Assembly (NCBI GenBank): GCA_038087875.1
Contig: JAXLNO010000977.1
Location: forward strand, 1 to 64,000
Direction: 5' to 3'
DNA from: Malacoraja senta
Lineage: Eukaryota
Length of the DNA: 64,000 nt
Shown: positions 12,301-22,797 of the stretch, piece after piece
Position numbering within the stretch: the first letter of the stretch is position 1
Layout: each line of letters starts with the position of its first letter
Program-made: the position numbers and the translations under genes
The notes under the pieces: model-generated
Databases searched by the model: none
What the model saw: only the letters and a program-made list of their open reading frames with translations
What the model was told of the DNA's origin: nothing

Positions 12301-12640
12301 ATATTACTCCATCATATCATCCTGAAAAATCGACATTCTTCTTTTAATGTGAGAGTTTAGATAGGCATCTGTTAGCCCACTTTCACTGTCTGATTCTTTG
12401 TAGCATCTCCTAAAGGTCATTGGGGACCAGCCTCTACTTAAGTGCAAAATGGGGAACTCCAAGATGGAGTAGGATGCTTGATTGGTTCTGCTTCTCTGTG
12501 GCTATTAAACCTGTCCATGATACTTCCTTATCAATGAGCCCCACATGTACCATTTTCAGGCAGTGTTGTTCTCCACATATGCCCTGCCTGGTACTAACTC
12601 TCATTAGAATTTCTTCAGATGTTTCTGTTACTGCTGTATT

Positions 12641-12944
12641 TTAGTTTAGTTTAGAGATACAGCACGGAAACAGATGCCCCACCGAGTCCATGCCAACCAG
12701 CGATCGCCGTACATTAGCACTATCTTGCACACTAGGGACAATTAAACAATTTTACCGAATCCAATTAACCTACCAACCTGTACGTCTTTGGAGTGTGGGA
12801 GGAAACCGGAGCACCCGGAGAAAAACCACGCAGTCACAGGGAGCCGATACAAACTCTGTACAGACAGCACCTATAGTCAGGGTCGAACCTGGGCCCTTGG
12901 CACTGTAAGGCAGCAACTTTACCGCTGCGCCACTATGTCGCCCC
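12641..12944 (-). mobile_element. HE1-type tRNA-derived V-SINE, near full length
   Basis: Minus strand: ggggcgacatagtggcgcagcgg (A box), ggttcgacc (B box), V-domain ccgggtgctccggtttcctcccac, CR1-like tail ending (ctaaa)n. Confidence 0.9.
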
Positions 12945-15454
12945 TCCAATTCTTTTCCTCCAACGCTATCTCGCATTTGACAGTTCATCCCCAAGAGACA
13001 GCATATCGATCTTTGGAGGGGCATTTGCTTCCTGGTTCACCCAATGTTCCCTAAGTACAGTACAACCAAGCAACTGGTTACGAGACATATTTCCTTATAA
13101 TTGACCCAATCACGTGCAGCCCAAAGATTGCTATCTTTACTTTCCCATTGCTAATATGCACTTCTCTCTTAGTTCATCCTTCACTGTATTCTTTGGTTCA
13201 GTATTCTAGTGTGTCCTGTGTGCACACTTCCAGGACCATTTCAACTATGCCATTACGACCCAGCAATTTCCCACAATCACTTGCACCGTCCTCATCATAT
13301 CAGATGCACAAAGGTGAATTGCATCTAATGTGTCCGATTGAATTTCTGGAGCAGCCTAATCTTTCTATCTAGAAATGGCTGAAATTCATTCTTCTTCCAG
13401 ATTTAAAAAAATATGCATAGTATGGAAGGTAACAATGCTACTCATCCAAATGTTTATGCCATGTTGTTTTCTTTTTACCACTTTAGTTATTCTGTGGTTC
13501 TGAACAGTATCCACAGCCGTGGAAATTTACACTCTATGTTAAACAATTTTCATAGATGTATATTGTTATTTTGGAAGCATTTTAAATTGGAGATGTGTCT
13601 TTCGTGGGTTTGAATATTATAATATAGATTTTTTTTTAAAAGGCAATGTCACTGTTGAACAATTCTGGTGACAAGCAGAGATGGAGCTGTCTAGACTTGT
13701 ACATTGGCCAAGTTTTGCAAGAGAATGTCTCCCCACATTAGCAGTAGTAACCAGATATGCCAAACAATTTAAGTTTTATAGTCGAGTATTGTAAATAGCA
13801 TGGAAATATTAGTGGGAATTTGGATACATGTGAATCCAGTATTCAAAGTATTCTCGGTGTTCTGTTACTAGGAATAAACAAGCCCAGACAACCTCATCTT
13901 CAATCTTTGTCATATTAGCCAATCAATTATTACATTGTTGGAGAACATCAATGGGTGCTTCTAGATTAGAATCAGAACTGAACAAATAAATGCTCAGTAG
14001 TTTTCCTGTATGTGTTAACTGTAGGCCATTTTGCCATATTAAAATTGCTACTGATCACCGTTTATTGGGTGGGAAGGAAAATAACACACAATGAGCACAA
14101 ATGAAACACCTACAAGGCAGAAACTTTCATTACACCATTGAGTGTCGCCAATTCCTAGCCCCTTCCAATGTAATGGCCAATTTTGCGCCCAATGATTTCA
14201 ATAATTGCCTTTTAAATGAAACATCTGTGGCATTGAAATTTTAGGAAATGATAAAGTTCAGTCAGAAATTGGCTGAAGATTTAAGAGCAAAACATGCTAA
14301 TAACAAAAAATTTCTGCACGTTATCAAATTGATAGGGTAATTTTCTTCTCCATTCTCTCCCCTCCCCATGGACGGAATCTCATTAGGGTTTGTTTTGTTG
14401 ATGCTGATTGTGCTTCACCAGCTGGCTTCATTCAACGGTGAACCTTGTCTGTGAGTGTTGGCAGGCTGTCAGATGTGGGGACATTACAGATGCGTCCAGT
14501 TCTGTTAGTTGGTACTGCCTCAATAGCAATCAGGAGCCCTGGTCAGCTTTTCTTTTTCCCTAACCCAAAGCTGTTAATGCAGCAGCTCTGACTAAAATCA
14601 GTGAATCAGTACTGACCAACACTCAGTTCCTGATCTTCAAAGATTTGAGCTGGGAGTGGGCATAATTTCCTTAAATTAAAAACTAATATTAAGAGCAAAA
14701 GCCTTTTGTGTAGCGTATTGCTTGCCCCTGTGGAATTTAGTGAAGGTAAAAAACGAACAGGCATTTTGTTGCACATTTGTCGGTTGTAGGTGGGAGGTAA
14801 AAGTCTTTAATTTGGTCTGGGAAGACGATGAGTTTAAGCATGAAAACTCCAGTACTTCTCTCTGGAGAAAGCCATTCCTGCTGAATGTTTATGGGATTTA
14901 TTTGAGAGCACACTCGGGGAATAACTTAATTCCTATAACCGCTATTAATAAGGCTGCATTAAATGGTCAAACTCACTGTTAAACACTGTGCTGGTGTAAC
15001 ACAGATGGAGTTTGGCTTCTCTACCAAGCTAGAAATATTACACATTTTCAGAACGATTTCCTCTCTGCCTCCATGATACCAAGATCTTTACAATGATTTT
15101 AAAATATTTCTTTGTGCAATGTAGATAGAGAAAACTTTCCCAGCTTAGGGTACGTCTCAAATGAGTGTCTTTAAATTGTCCCAGAAGATTGTGTGGGAGG
15201 GTACGATTTAGCCAGTAGAATTTCAGTATGTGCAAAATAAAATACCAAGAGTTTATTTAAACAATGTCAGTGACAAAGCTGCAATCCTAGCGCCAGAGTG
15301 ATGAGTTAGGGGATGAGCCATAAGCAGATGAATATAAGAGATCACATATTTATCTAGGATGCTACACTGTGCGCTGCATAATTCTGCTCAGTGCTTTGCT
15401 TATTACAGAGTGCATAACCATTTAACCTAAAATATTATTGCGGATCCTGCTTTT

Positions 15455-15570
15455 GAGGGGAATCACTCTCTGTAACTGAGTGTTAAGGTTAGTTCTGGGT
15501 TCAAGCTATTCTTCGGAGTCTGAACCAATGTTGTAGTCTGGCGTTGAATGTGCATTGCACTCTTGGGTGC
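15455..15570 (+). mobile_element. DeuSINE (SacSINE1/AmnSINE1-like) 5' remnant
   Basis: cactctc..ctgagt..aaggtt..tgggttcaag resembles the DeuSINE head; very diverged. Confidence 0.45.
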
Positions 15571-16263
15571 AATCTAGAACCTGATCAGAATCTGGAAAAG
15601 CACTTTAAACTCATGGTCTCTGACAGGCAGAATTTTAAAGCTTGCTAGGTCCAACGGATTCTCAGAACTTTTAACGGATTCCCAGAACTTTGGTCCACTG
15701 TAGTAGAACTGCTGGAGAATATCAAGGACCCAGATCATGGCAGAATGGTGGGGAAGAGGTGCAAGTTCGGATGAGGAGGGCTGAGGGCAGGTATTGGAAT
15801 CTTGAGTTGGGTTGGGATACCAGTGGGGAAGAGAAAACAGATCATGTCTGCATTCAGTTGCTAGAAGCAGGATGGGATTTGGTTCATCTGCTAATGGTGC
15901 ATCCCAAACTTTCTGAGGTTGAGGATTTTGGAATTATAATTGAATGGAGGGTTGGGGAGGACTGTAGGTGACATCTGGGAAAGGGACTATCAAGGCATAA
16001 GATGGGAACAAGAGGAATAATGCCCTTAGTGCTGGAAACCAGGGGGAAGCAGCTCTGGCATGTGCTGTGGAGAATTACATCTGCATAAACAGTTCATGCC
16101 ATACCTGGAAGTGCCGTCCAGGGGTTGAGTGCCATGAGGTGTTGCTGTTTGTGCCTGGGAACCTCCATGTTTCAGCCTGTGAAGAAGGGAAACAGAGAGC
16201 TTTGTGATGTATAAATGTTGTGGCTGGCCCATTTCCAGGCAAAAGATGTAATTTCCAGGCCAA

Positions 16264-16490
16264 AGATAGACACAGAGTGCTGGAGCAACTCAGTGGGTCA
16301 GACAGCATATCTAGAGAAAAGGAACAGGTGACGTTTCGGGTCGGAACTCTTCTTAAGTCTGAACAAGAGTTCTGACCCTAAATGTCACCTGTTTCTTTTC
16401 TCCAGAGATGCTGCCTGACTCACTGTGTTGCTCCAGCACGTTGTGTCTATCTTTGGTATGAACCCACATCTGCAGTTCATTCCTACGCAT
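16264..16490. mobile_element. Fold-back (palindromic) Penelope-terminus unit
   Basis: gatagacacagagtgctggag...gtgacgtttcgggtcggaactcttc is inverted against ctgaacaagagttctgaccctaaatgtcacc...ctccagcacgttgtgtctatc; arms ~90 bp. Confidence 0.85.
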
Positions 16491-16494
16491 TTGT

Positions 16495-16750
16495 GGGAAA
16501 TGTAGGCCACTGTCTTTCAGGTGAAATGTTGACCATGGCCCATTTTTCTCCTTGAATAGAACATTGCTGTTCTCTGTCCTACCCATCATTTGTGCCCAAG
16601 TCTGCATCTCACCATTTATCCTGGTGCAATTTAGATTAAATGGCTCAACATAAATTGGAAGCAATGTTTCACCAGTTAGCAAATCTCAGCCTGTGAAACA
16701 ATTTGTGATATTCTGAGGTTGTAAAAGGCACTGAATAAAATTTATACATT
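16495..16750 (+). mobile_element. DeuSINE remnant (Deu domain and 3' tail)
   Basis: tgtctttcaggtgaaatgttgacc and tail ttctgaggttgtaaaaggcactgaataaa resemble the SacSINE1/AmnSINE1 consensus. Confidence 0.5.
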
Positions 16751-17374
16751 TATTTTCTCATTTATTAAGAGATGTGTACCAGAATATGATGCCACTTGAA
16801 ACATCACAGCTAACTCTGCTTGTGTCGAAGAGTTCTCTTAAAGTTTTTAACAGTTTTCACAGAGGTTTTCCAGAGGGAGTGTACGGAAGGCATTACAGTA
16901 TTCAGGCAACTTTGGCCTATGACTGGTGTAGCTAAAAGAAAATTCAATATTGCTTTATTCAATCTGTTTTAAATATTCATGATTTTTCTGTCGGAAGGAG
17001 AAGCGCCGAGAAATGCAGTTGCTAAGCGGTGTTCTTTCCACAACTCTATAGAAAATAGATATTCACCCCCACCCCCCCCCCCCCCCCAAACACCATAACA
17101 GTTCCACAAAAGTGACACACGATGATAATTACTTCCAGGTGGTTTCACTTCACTTGGTAATTTGAACTAGTCCACTGTAGGGGAATGCAGACCAAATTGC
17201 TCCAGGGTCCGGAGGTGGGTTTGCTTCTTTGGACACAGGTAGTACAGTCTGGTTTTAATTGCAAAGCACTACCTTTCATCCTTGGGCACACAAACCCCAA
17301 CAATTACTGTCCACTCTTCACTCCTTTTCTTTCCTGCCACCATTTGTCTCCTTTTCACCTATAGTTTTTGTCAT

Positions 17375-17575
17375 CCACCCGTTCACACCAGGGAGCAATT
17401 TACAGAGGCCAGTAAGTCTTTGGCATGTGGGGAGAAACTTGAGCACCCGTAGGAAACCCATGTGGTCTCGGAGAGTACATGCAAACTCCACACAGACAGC
17501 AACCGAGGTCAGGTTCGAACACGCCTCTGATGCCGTGAGGAATCTGCTCTACCAACTGCGCAACTGAGCCGTCCC
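17375..17575 (-). mobile_element. HE1-type SINE, 3'-truncated and diverged
   Basis: Minus-strand tRNA-like head gggacggctcagttgcgcag and V-domain ggtgctcaagtttctccccaca. Confidence 0.8.
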
Positions 17576-17609
17576 AACCTCTTGCCAAGCTTTGAAACAC
17601 CTCCACCTC

Positions 17610-17760
17610 TACTTTCTCTCCCCAACTTCAATCTGTCTGAAGAAAGGTCTCAAAACATCATCTGTTTATACCCTCTCCAGGTACTGCCTGACCCGCTGAG
17701 TCCCTCCAGCACTTAGTATTTTGTTCAAGATTCCAGCGCCTGAAGTTCCTTGTGTCTCCA
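17610..17760 (+). mobile_element. Penelope-terminus copy (older subfamily)
   Basis: gtctgaagaaaggtctcaaaacatc...ctgcctgacccgctgagtccctccagcac...gttccttgtgtctcc. Confidence 0.7.
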
Positions 17761-17799
17761 CAACTCTCTCTTCATCTACTTTCCCTCTATTCCTTATAC

Positions 17800-18136
17800 G
17801 GTCATGTGTTAGCAGAATGAGGCTATTCGGTCCAACAAGTCTACTCCGTCATTCAATCATTCGTCATCTATCTCTCACTCCTAACCCCATTCTCCTGTCA
17901 TCTCCCCATAATCCCTGACATCTGTACTAATCAAGAATCTATCCATCTTTGCCTTAAAAATATCCATTTACAGCCTCCGCAGCCTTCTATGGCAAAGAAT
18001 TCCACAGATTCACCACCCTCTGACTAAAGAAATTCCTCTTCATCTCCTTCCTAAAGGAATTTTAGGCTATTACCTCTAGTCCTAGACTCTCCTACTAGTG
18101 GAAACATCCTCTACCACATCCACTCTATCCAAGCCT
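17800..18136 (-). mobile_element. CR1 LINE 3' end
   Basis: Near-collinear with 27971-28336 (aggccattcggtcc..., gaattccacagattcaccaccctctgactaaagaaa). Confidence 0.85.
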
Positions 18137-18507
18137 ATCCGCTCTATCCAACTGATTTTCTTACGCAACCCAAAATCTTCCCCCCATCCCCATGCTCTGC
18201 CCACTTTTAAATTCCAAATGCCGATTCCATCCAACCAGACGGGACGCATGCAAGTCCCATTCTCTTCCCAGTCCCAACTCGTCACAAACGCTCCATTGTT
18301 TTATTGTGCATTGCCCCCAGGCACAGGCTCGCTCCAGTGGGCACCAACGGATGGTGTATTTTCTGTGCCAAACATTTGTAACTTAAATTTTGGATGATGG
18401 CCAATGACCAACACTTGTCATTGGATGTCCCTCTGAGCGCACAAGAATTTGTCGTTAAATGTCTAATAAGTGGTGGATACATGGATCGAGCTGCCAGAGG
18501 CACGTGC

Positions 18508-18667
18508 AATAACAGCATTTAAAAGACATTTGGACAGGTACAGGGATAGGAAAGGTTTAAAGGGATACAGTCCAAACACAGATAGGCAGGACTAGTATGG
18601 ATAGGGCACCTTGGTTGGCATGAGCAAGTTGGACTGTAGGGCCTGTTTCTTTGCTCTATGACTCTTA
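18508..18667 (+). mobile_element. CR1 LINE 3' tail
   Basis: catttaaaagacatttggacaggtac...agggcctgtttc...tctatgactct. Confidence 0.8.
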
Positions 18668-19780
18668 AGTGATTGGCGTCAGGTAGATTAAGCGTTTCTT
18701 CGGGTTTAGCAGGCAGATTTAGTTATAAGCCAGTGTTACACTCATTGAAAAGAAGAAGAAAAGACAATCTTTGCAAGTAGATGGAGCTTATTTTCATGCA
18801 CAATTTTTAAAAATGTTTAACTTGGCTCTTCCATTCAAAGCTGTGAATTGTGCACATTTCTAATTTTTCTTCTGCCCCAAACAATGTTATTTTCCTTCTT
18901 CTTTGAGTACACTCTGACTTGTACAGATTACGGTACTCGTATAGCAGGTCCCAGGCACTGCCTCACAATAGCAGTGGACGATAATACATAATTCATGGCA
19001 TTTTGCTGCACCATAAGGCTTTTGTATTGGCGACCACAACGAATGAAAGGGTCTGGCTCCAGATGGAAACTTGGCATGATCTTCAATCGCAACCCTTCCC
19101 TCCCAATCTGTGCTGTATAGCTTTAGAGTACTTTTTTTTGGAAGCAGGAGAGGAAAGCTGAAGAAACAGAATACTACATTAAAGAACTGGCATTCCTTTT
19201 GTAGGCATTCATTGGCTGTACTTAAGGGATCACACAGCAGTTAGTCCCATCTCCCTTTAAGCAAATTGAAATGCTCAGAGGGTGGACATGTTAGACTGCA
19301 AATAATAGCAGTATTGATTTTGTCTGAGTGTCCTCAATTTCAGTTTAAAACAAAGGACTCATTAAATAGTTTGTGACAAAAGAATCATCGTCATCTTTTG
19401 GTTACTCCCTGACCCCCGCCCCCTGCTCCTTCCACCCCAGTGTCTTTTATCTATCTCTCTCGCTGACTCTTTCTCATTCATACAATCATCCAGTGTAACC
19501 GTACAACTATAGTTTTACACCATGATGTCAAAGCCAGCACTTTGGCTGGCTGAATGTACTCCCTGATACCTCCTCTGTGCTCATGGGTTGCAGATTGGGT
19601 TATTCAGTGTTCTGTGGTATCATCCTGATTGCTACAAAACCATATTGGACGAGCTCATAATTTCCCTTGGGTCCTATTTGTGACCTCTTGTGACTTCTGG
19701 TAGGTTTTGCAAATAAGTGCAGGATCCAAAAATGCAAGGGGAACAGAGAATGCTGGGGTCACTGAGTTCTAGAATATTAA

Positions 19781-21124
19781 CGAGACTAAGTGGGACCCGT
19801 TGGGTTCTTGTCACACAGGGAGCTTGGTCCCCCAACGCAATATTCCACCACTCACCAATAGCCCCCAACAGCACAGGCGTAGCTCATTTCCCCTCATCCC
19901 TAACACTCTCTCCCCCTCCTCTTCACCCTCCCTCTTTCCCCTCTCCTCCTCCCCTCCCCAATCCCTCACTCACCTCTCTCTCCCTCTCCTTTCCCCACCC
20001 TCAGTCACTCCCTCCCTCCATAACTCCTCTCCCCTCCCTACCCCCTCCTATTTCTCTATCCCCCACCTCCCCCACTCCTCACCTCCCCTATCCCCCCCAC
20101 TATCCCTCCACCTCCCCCACTGCCCTCTATTCCCCACTCCCAACCTCCCCAACTCCACCTCCTCTACTCCCCCTCTCCGCTCCCTCTATTCCCCCTCCTC
20201 CCCCACTCTCCCTCCTCACCTCCCTCTTCTTTTCCCTCTCCGACCCTCCCCCAATCCCTCCCTCACCTCTCCTTTTCCCTACCCTCAGTCACTTACTCCC
20301 TCCTTCCATAACTCCTCTCCCTTCCCTACTCCCCTCCACTCCCTCTATCCCCTCTCCTCCCCCACACTCCCTCAACTCCCCAGGATCTCGAGGTTGTCTC
20401 TCCTCTCCCTTCTTGCGTGCATCAGCCGTTGGGACCCTTAGAGCCAGGACTCGGATCCGCTGCTTGGCCCGGAAGCACCAGCAGCCACGGCTACATCGGC
20501 GTGTGGGTGGGGGTTGTGGGGGTGGGTGGAGAGCTCGGAGAAAAGACGGGGGAAAGAGCCATGGGGGAGAGGGGGGTATCACGTGGGGAGGGGGGCAGAA
20601 GTCAGCGAGGGGGACCAGAGGGGAAGGGGCTGGAGATGCGTGGCGTGGCGATGGGGGTGCGTTTTGGGACTCACAGCGGGCACTGAACGCTCTCCTCTGC
20701 TGGGATCAGACTTTCCGTTTGGCGACATCTCCAACTCCGCGCCGGGCCGCTTCCAGTCCCTCCAAAAATTGTGTCCAGTTGGAGACTCCGCCGGCTGCCC
20801 GCAGCGTCCATCAGCTCCAGTAAAGATGCGATGGCGCAGGAAGGGGTGGACCGTCCCAGTGAGTGACAGGAGAAGAGACAAATCCGCGTGGCGCTGACTG
20901 GCAGGAGAGGAGATCAATCTGCGCACGCGCGGTTTTTAAGATTTTTAAACCTCGCTAACTTATAATATCCTACCGATCGTAATGAAACTTGTTGCACTCG
21001 CAGCACAGGAAAACGGTGAGTGAGCTGACGAAAAATTGTAGCGCTGGCACACACCGTTTTTGCGCAAATAGAAAAAACGCGCAAACCGGAAGAGCAGAAG
21101 ATCAGAGTTTTAGTTTTGTACAGA
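19781..21124 (-). mobile_element. Probable non-autonomous Helitron
   Basis: Minus strand 5' TC start (plus ...gtacaGA|T). 3' end CTCG|T (CTAG-like) preceded by the hairpin gggacccgttgggttct (19792-19808). A|T target, no TSD, no transposase. Confidence 0.6.
19890..20410 (+). repeat. C/T-rich low-complexity tract with internal duplication
   Basis: Almost G-free on the plus strand; ccctcagtcac..ccataactcctctccc repeated near 19998 and 20282. Confidence 0.9.
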
Positions 21125-21166
21125 TAGATAGATAGATAGATAGGTAGGTAGATAGATAGATAGATA
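21123..21166 (+). repeat. (GATA)n microsatellite
   Basis: Read directly, with two GGTA variants. Confidence 0.95.
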
Positions 21167-21608
21167 ATGTTCCTTCTTCTCAGAGGCTGCCTAACTGGAA
21201 TGGCAACAGAATCTTCTGTTTATGTTTCAGATTTTCAGCATTTGTGGGTGTTTTCATTTCAAACCCAAAAGTGTAACTGAGATGCAAGTGAGCAGAGCGT
21301 TCCATGCTCAAGCTCGAGCAAGTTATGGTTGGTCTTGGAATTGGGGACCACTTTACCCTGATCCAAGCAAAGTTTGGTTCGGAGAAACGTAAGGCCTTAA
21401 AATATTTCCTGCCTGCTGGGATTTCCAAAGCCCTCTGACTGGCTACAGGTCAAAGCCCCTTCACACAATGAGCACGGGTAGGGTCGGCTACTCATTTAGC
21501 ACCCCACGTTTGAGTTGGATCAGCATGCAGAAGCTACCAGACTGGCCACTTTGTCGAAAGGTAGAAACAACCCGACCCGAACCCGCCCTGACCCGAATCA
21601 TCACCTGT

Positions 21609-21700
21609 GAGTCCAAAGAAAGGTCCTGACTCGAAAAATCACCTATCCTTTATCTCCAGAGTTACTGCCTGATCCGCTGAGTTACTACAGCATTTTATGC
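21609..21700 (+). mobile_element. Penelope-terminus copy, degenerate
   Basis: agtccaaagaaaggtcctgactcgaaaaatcacc...gctgagttactacagcatttt. Confidence 0.7.
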
Positions 21701-22330
21701 TGACTTTGTCTGTTTTGCAAGTGGATTCTTGGTAGTTTAGAAAACCAAAATTGCACATTTCTATGGAGTATTTGGAGAAACAATCCTTTTGAAAGACCTA
21801 ATGTGCACTGACCTATAGGAAATCCAGATGTTACGCTTGTACCTTTTTCATGGTTTCACTGAGACCCTTCTGTCTGCTGAATGTCTGGAAGAGTTTCCCC
21901 AGCAGAGATGATCCTAGCAGTTGAAACCACTGCAATAACATCACACGGAATTCAAATTTCCATGATTGTGGAGCTTTGAATGTAACAGTGAATGGCATTC
22001 CTTCATGTTGTGTTCTCGTGCATATGAATCCATTTATATTAAACTGGATATTATCTGTTTTAAGATGTTATGTAGAAAAATATCACAGAGCAAGTGAGCT
22101 CAGTATTTGTAAGTGAAGTCTGCTGATCAATATTTCTTCCCTGTCATGCTAAATACTCCTGATAATGCATCCCTCAGGGGCTAATGCTGACTGGGAAATT
22201 TGTTATTGATCATGTTGATCAACCTTGGTAGAAATATCAATGATAAAATGCAGTATTACAGAGTGGGTTTCATAAAGGCCGAGTTGTATGTCTCGATGGC
22301 TACCTGTTGAATTAGATATATATATCTGAA

Positions 22331-22421
22331 TGTCTGAAGAAGGGTTTCGGCCCGAAACGTTGCCTATTTCCTTCGCTCCATAGATGCTGCTGCACACGCT
22401 GAGTTTCTCCAGCATTTTTGT

Positions 22422-22424
<3 letters not shown>
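22331..22424 (+). mobile_element. Short Penelope-terminus unit (second subfamily) with intact hammerhead-like core
   Basis: gtCTGAAGAagggtttcggcccGAAACGTTgcct...; near-identical to the terminus of the PLE at 38519-38617. Confidence 0.85.
22334..22365 (+). ncRNA. Putative minimal type I hammerhead ribozyme motif
   Basis: CUGAAGA, extra A, stem II GGGU-UUCG-GCCC, GAAAC, GUU; stem I is weak in this copy. Activity not shown. Confidence 0.5.

Positions 22425-22496
<72 letters not shown>
22423..22496 (+). repeat. (CA)n microsatellite
   Basis: Read directly. Confidence 0.97.
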
Positions 22497-22503
<7 letters not shown>

Positions 22504-22703
22504 CTTTACTCACACATGCACACACAGATTTTATCTCCCTTTATCTTATTTTGGCCATTAATTGATTTACATTTGATCAATTTAGTTCCAACATTACGTC
22601 AGCGAGATAAAATTTGCCCATTCAAATTATTTATAAAACAAATTGTGGATGGTCTCTGTGTTTTATTTAGGTAGTGTTGTGTTTAAAATGTATTGTACAA
22701 CAG

Positions 22704-22797
22704 GAAAAATACAATAATATTGTTCTAATAATATTTTTATCTGCTTCTCTTTCATGTCTCATCATATTTATCTACATTGAACATTTTGTAGGTAAGT
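22704..22797 (+). other. Candidate recursive splice site (3'ss immediately followed by 5'ss)
   Basis: No AG from 22704 to 22789, branch-like ttctaat (22723-22729), pyrimidine tract, then TAG|GTAAGT. Confidence 0.4.

Noticed and set aside
17066-17087. Poly-C runs (also 34843-34865 and 45893-45910)
   Set aside because: Simple homopolymers, possibly length-inflated by sequencing; no functional evidence.
19717-20823. 368-aa Pro/Ser-rich ORF and overlapping ORFs
   Set aside because: Product of a C/T low-complexity tract and GC-rich TE interior that lack stop codons; no domain or splice context.
22203-22674. CVCVCV / THTHTH ORFs
   Set aside because: Translations of the (CA)n microsatellite.
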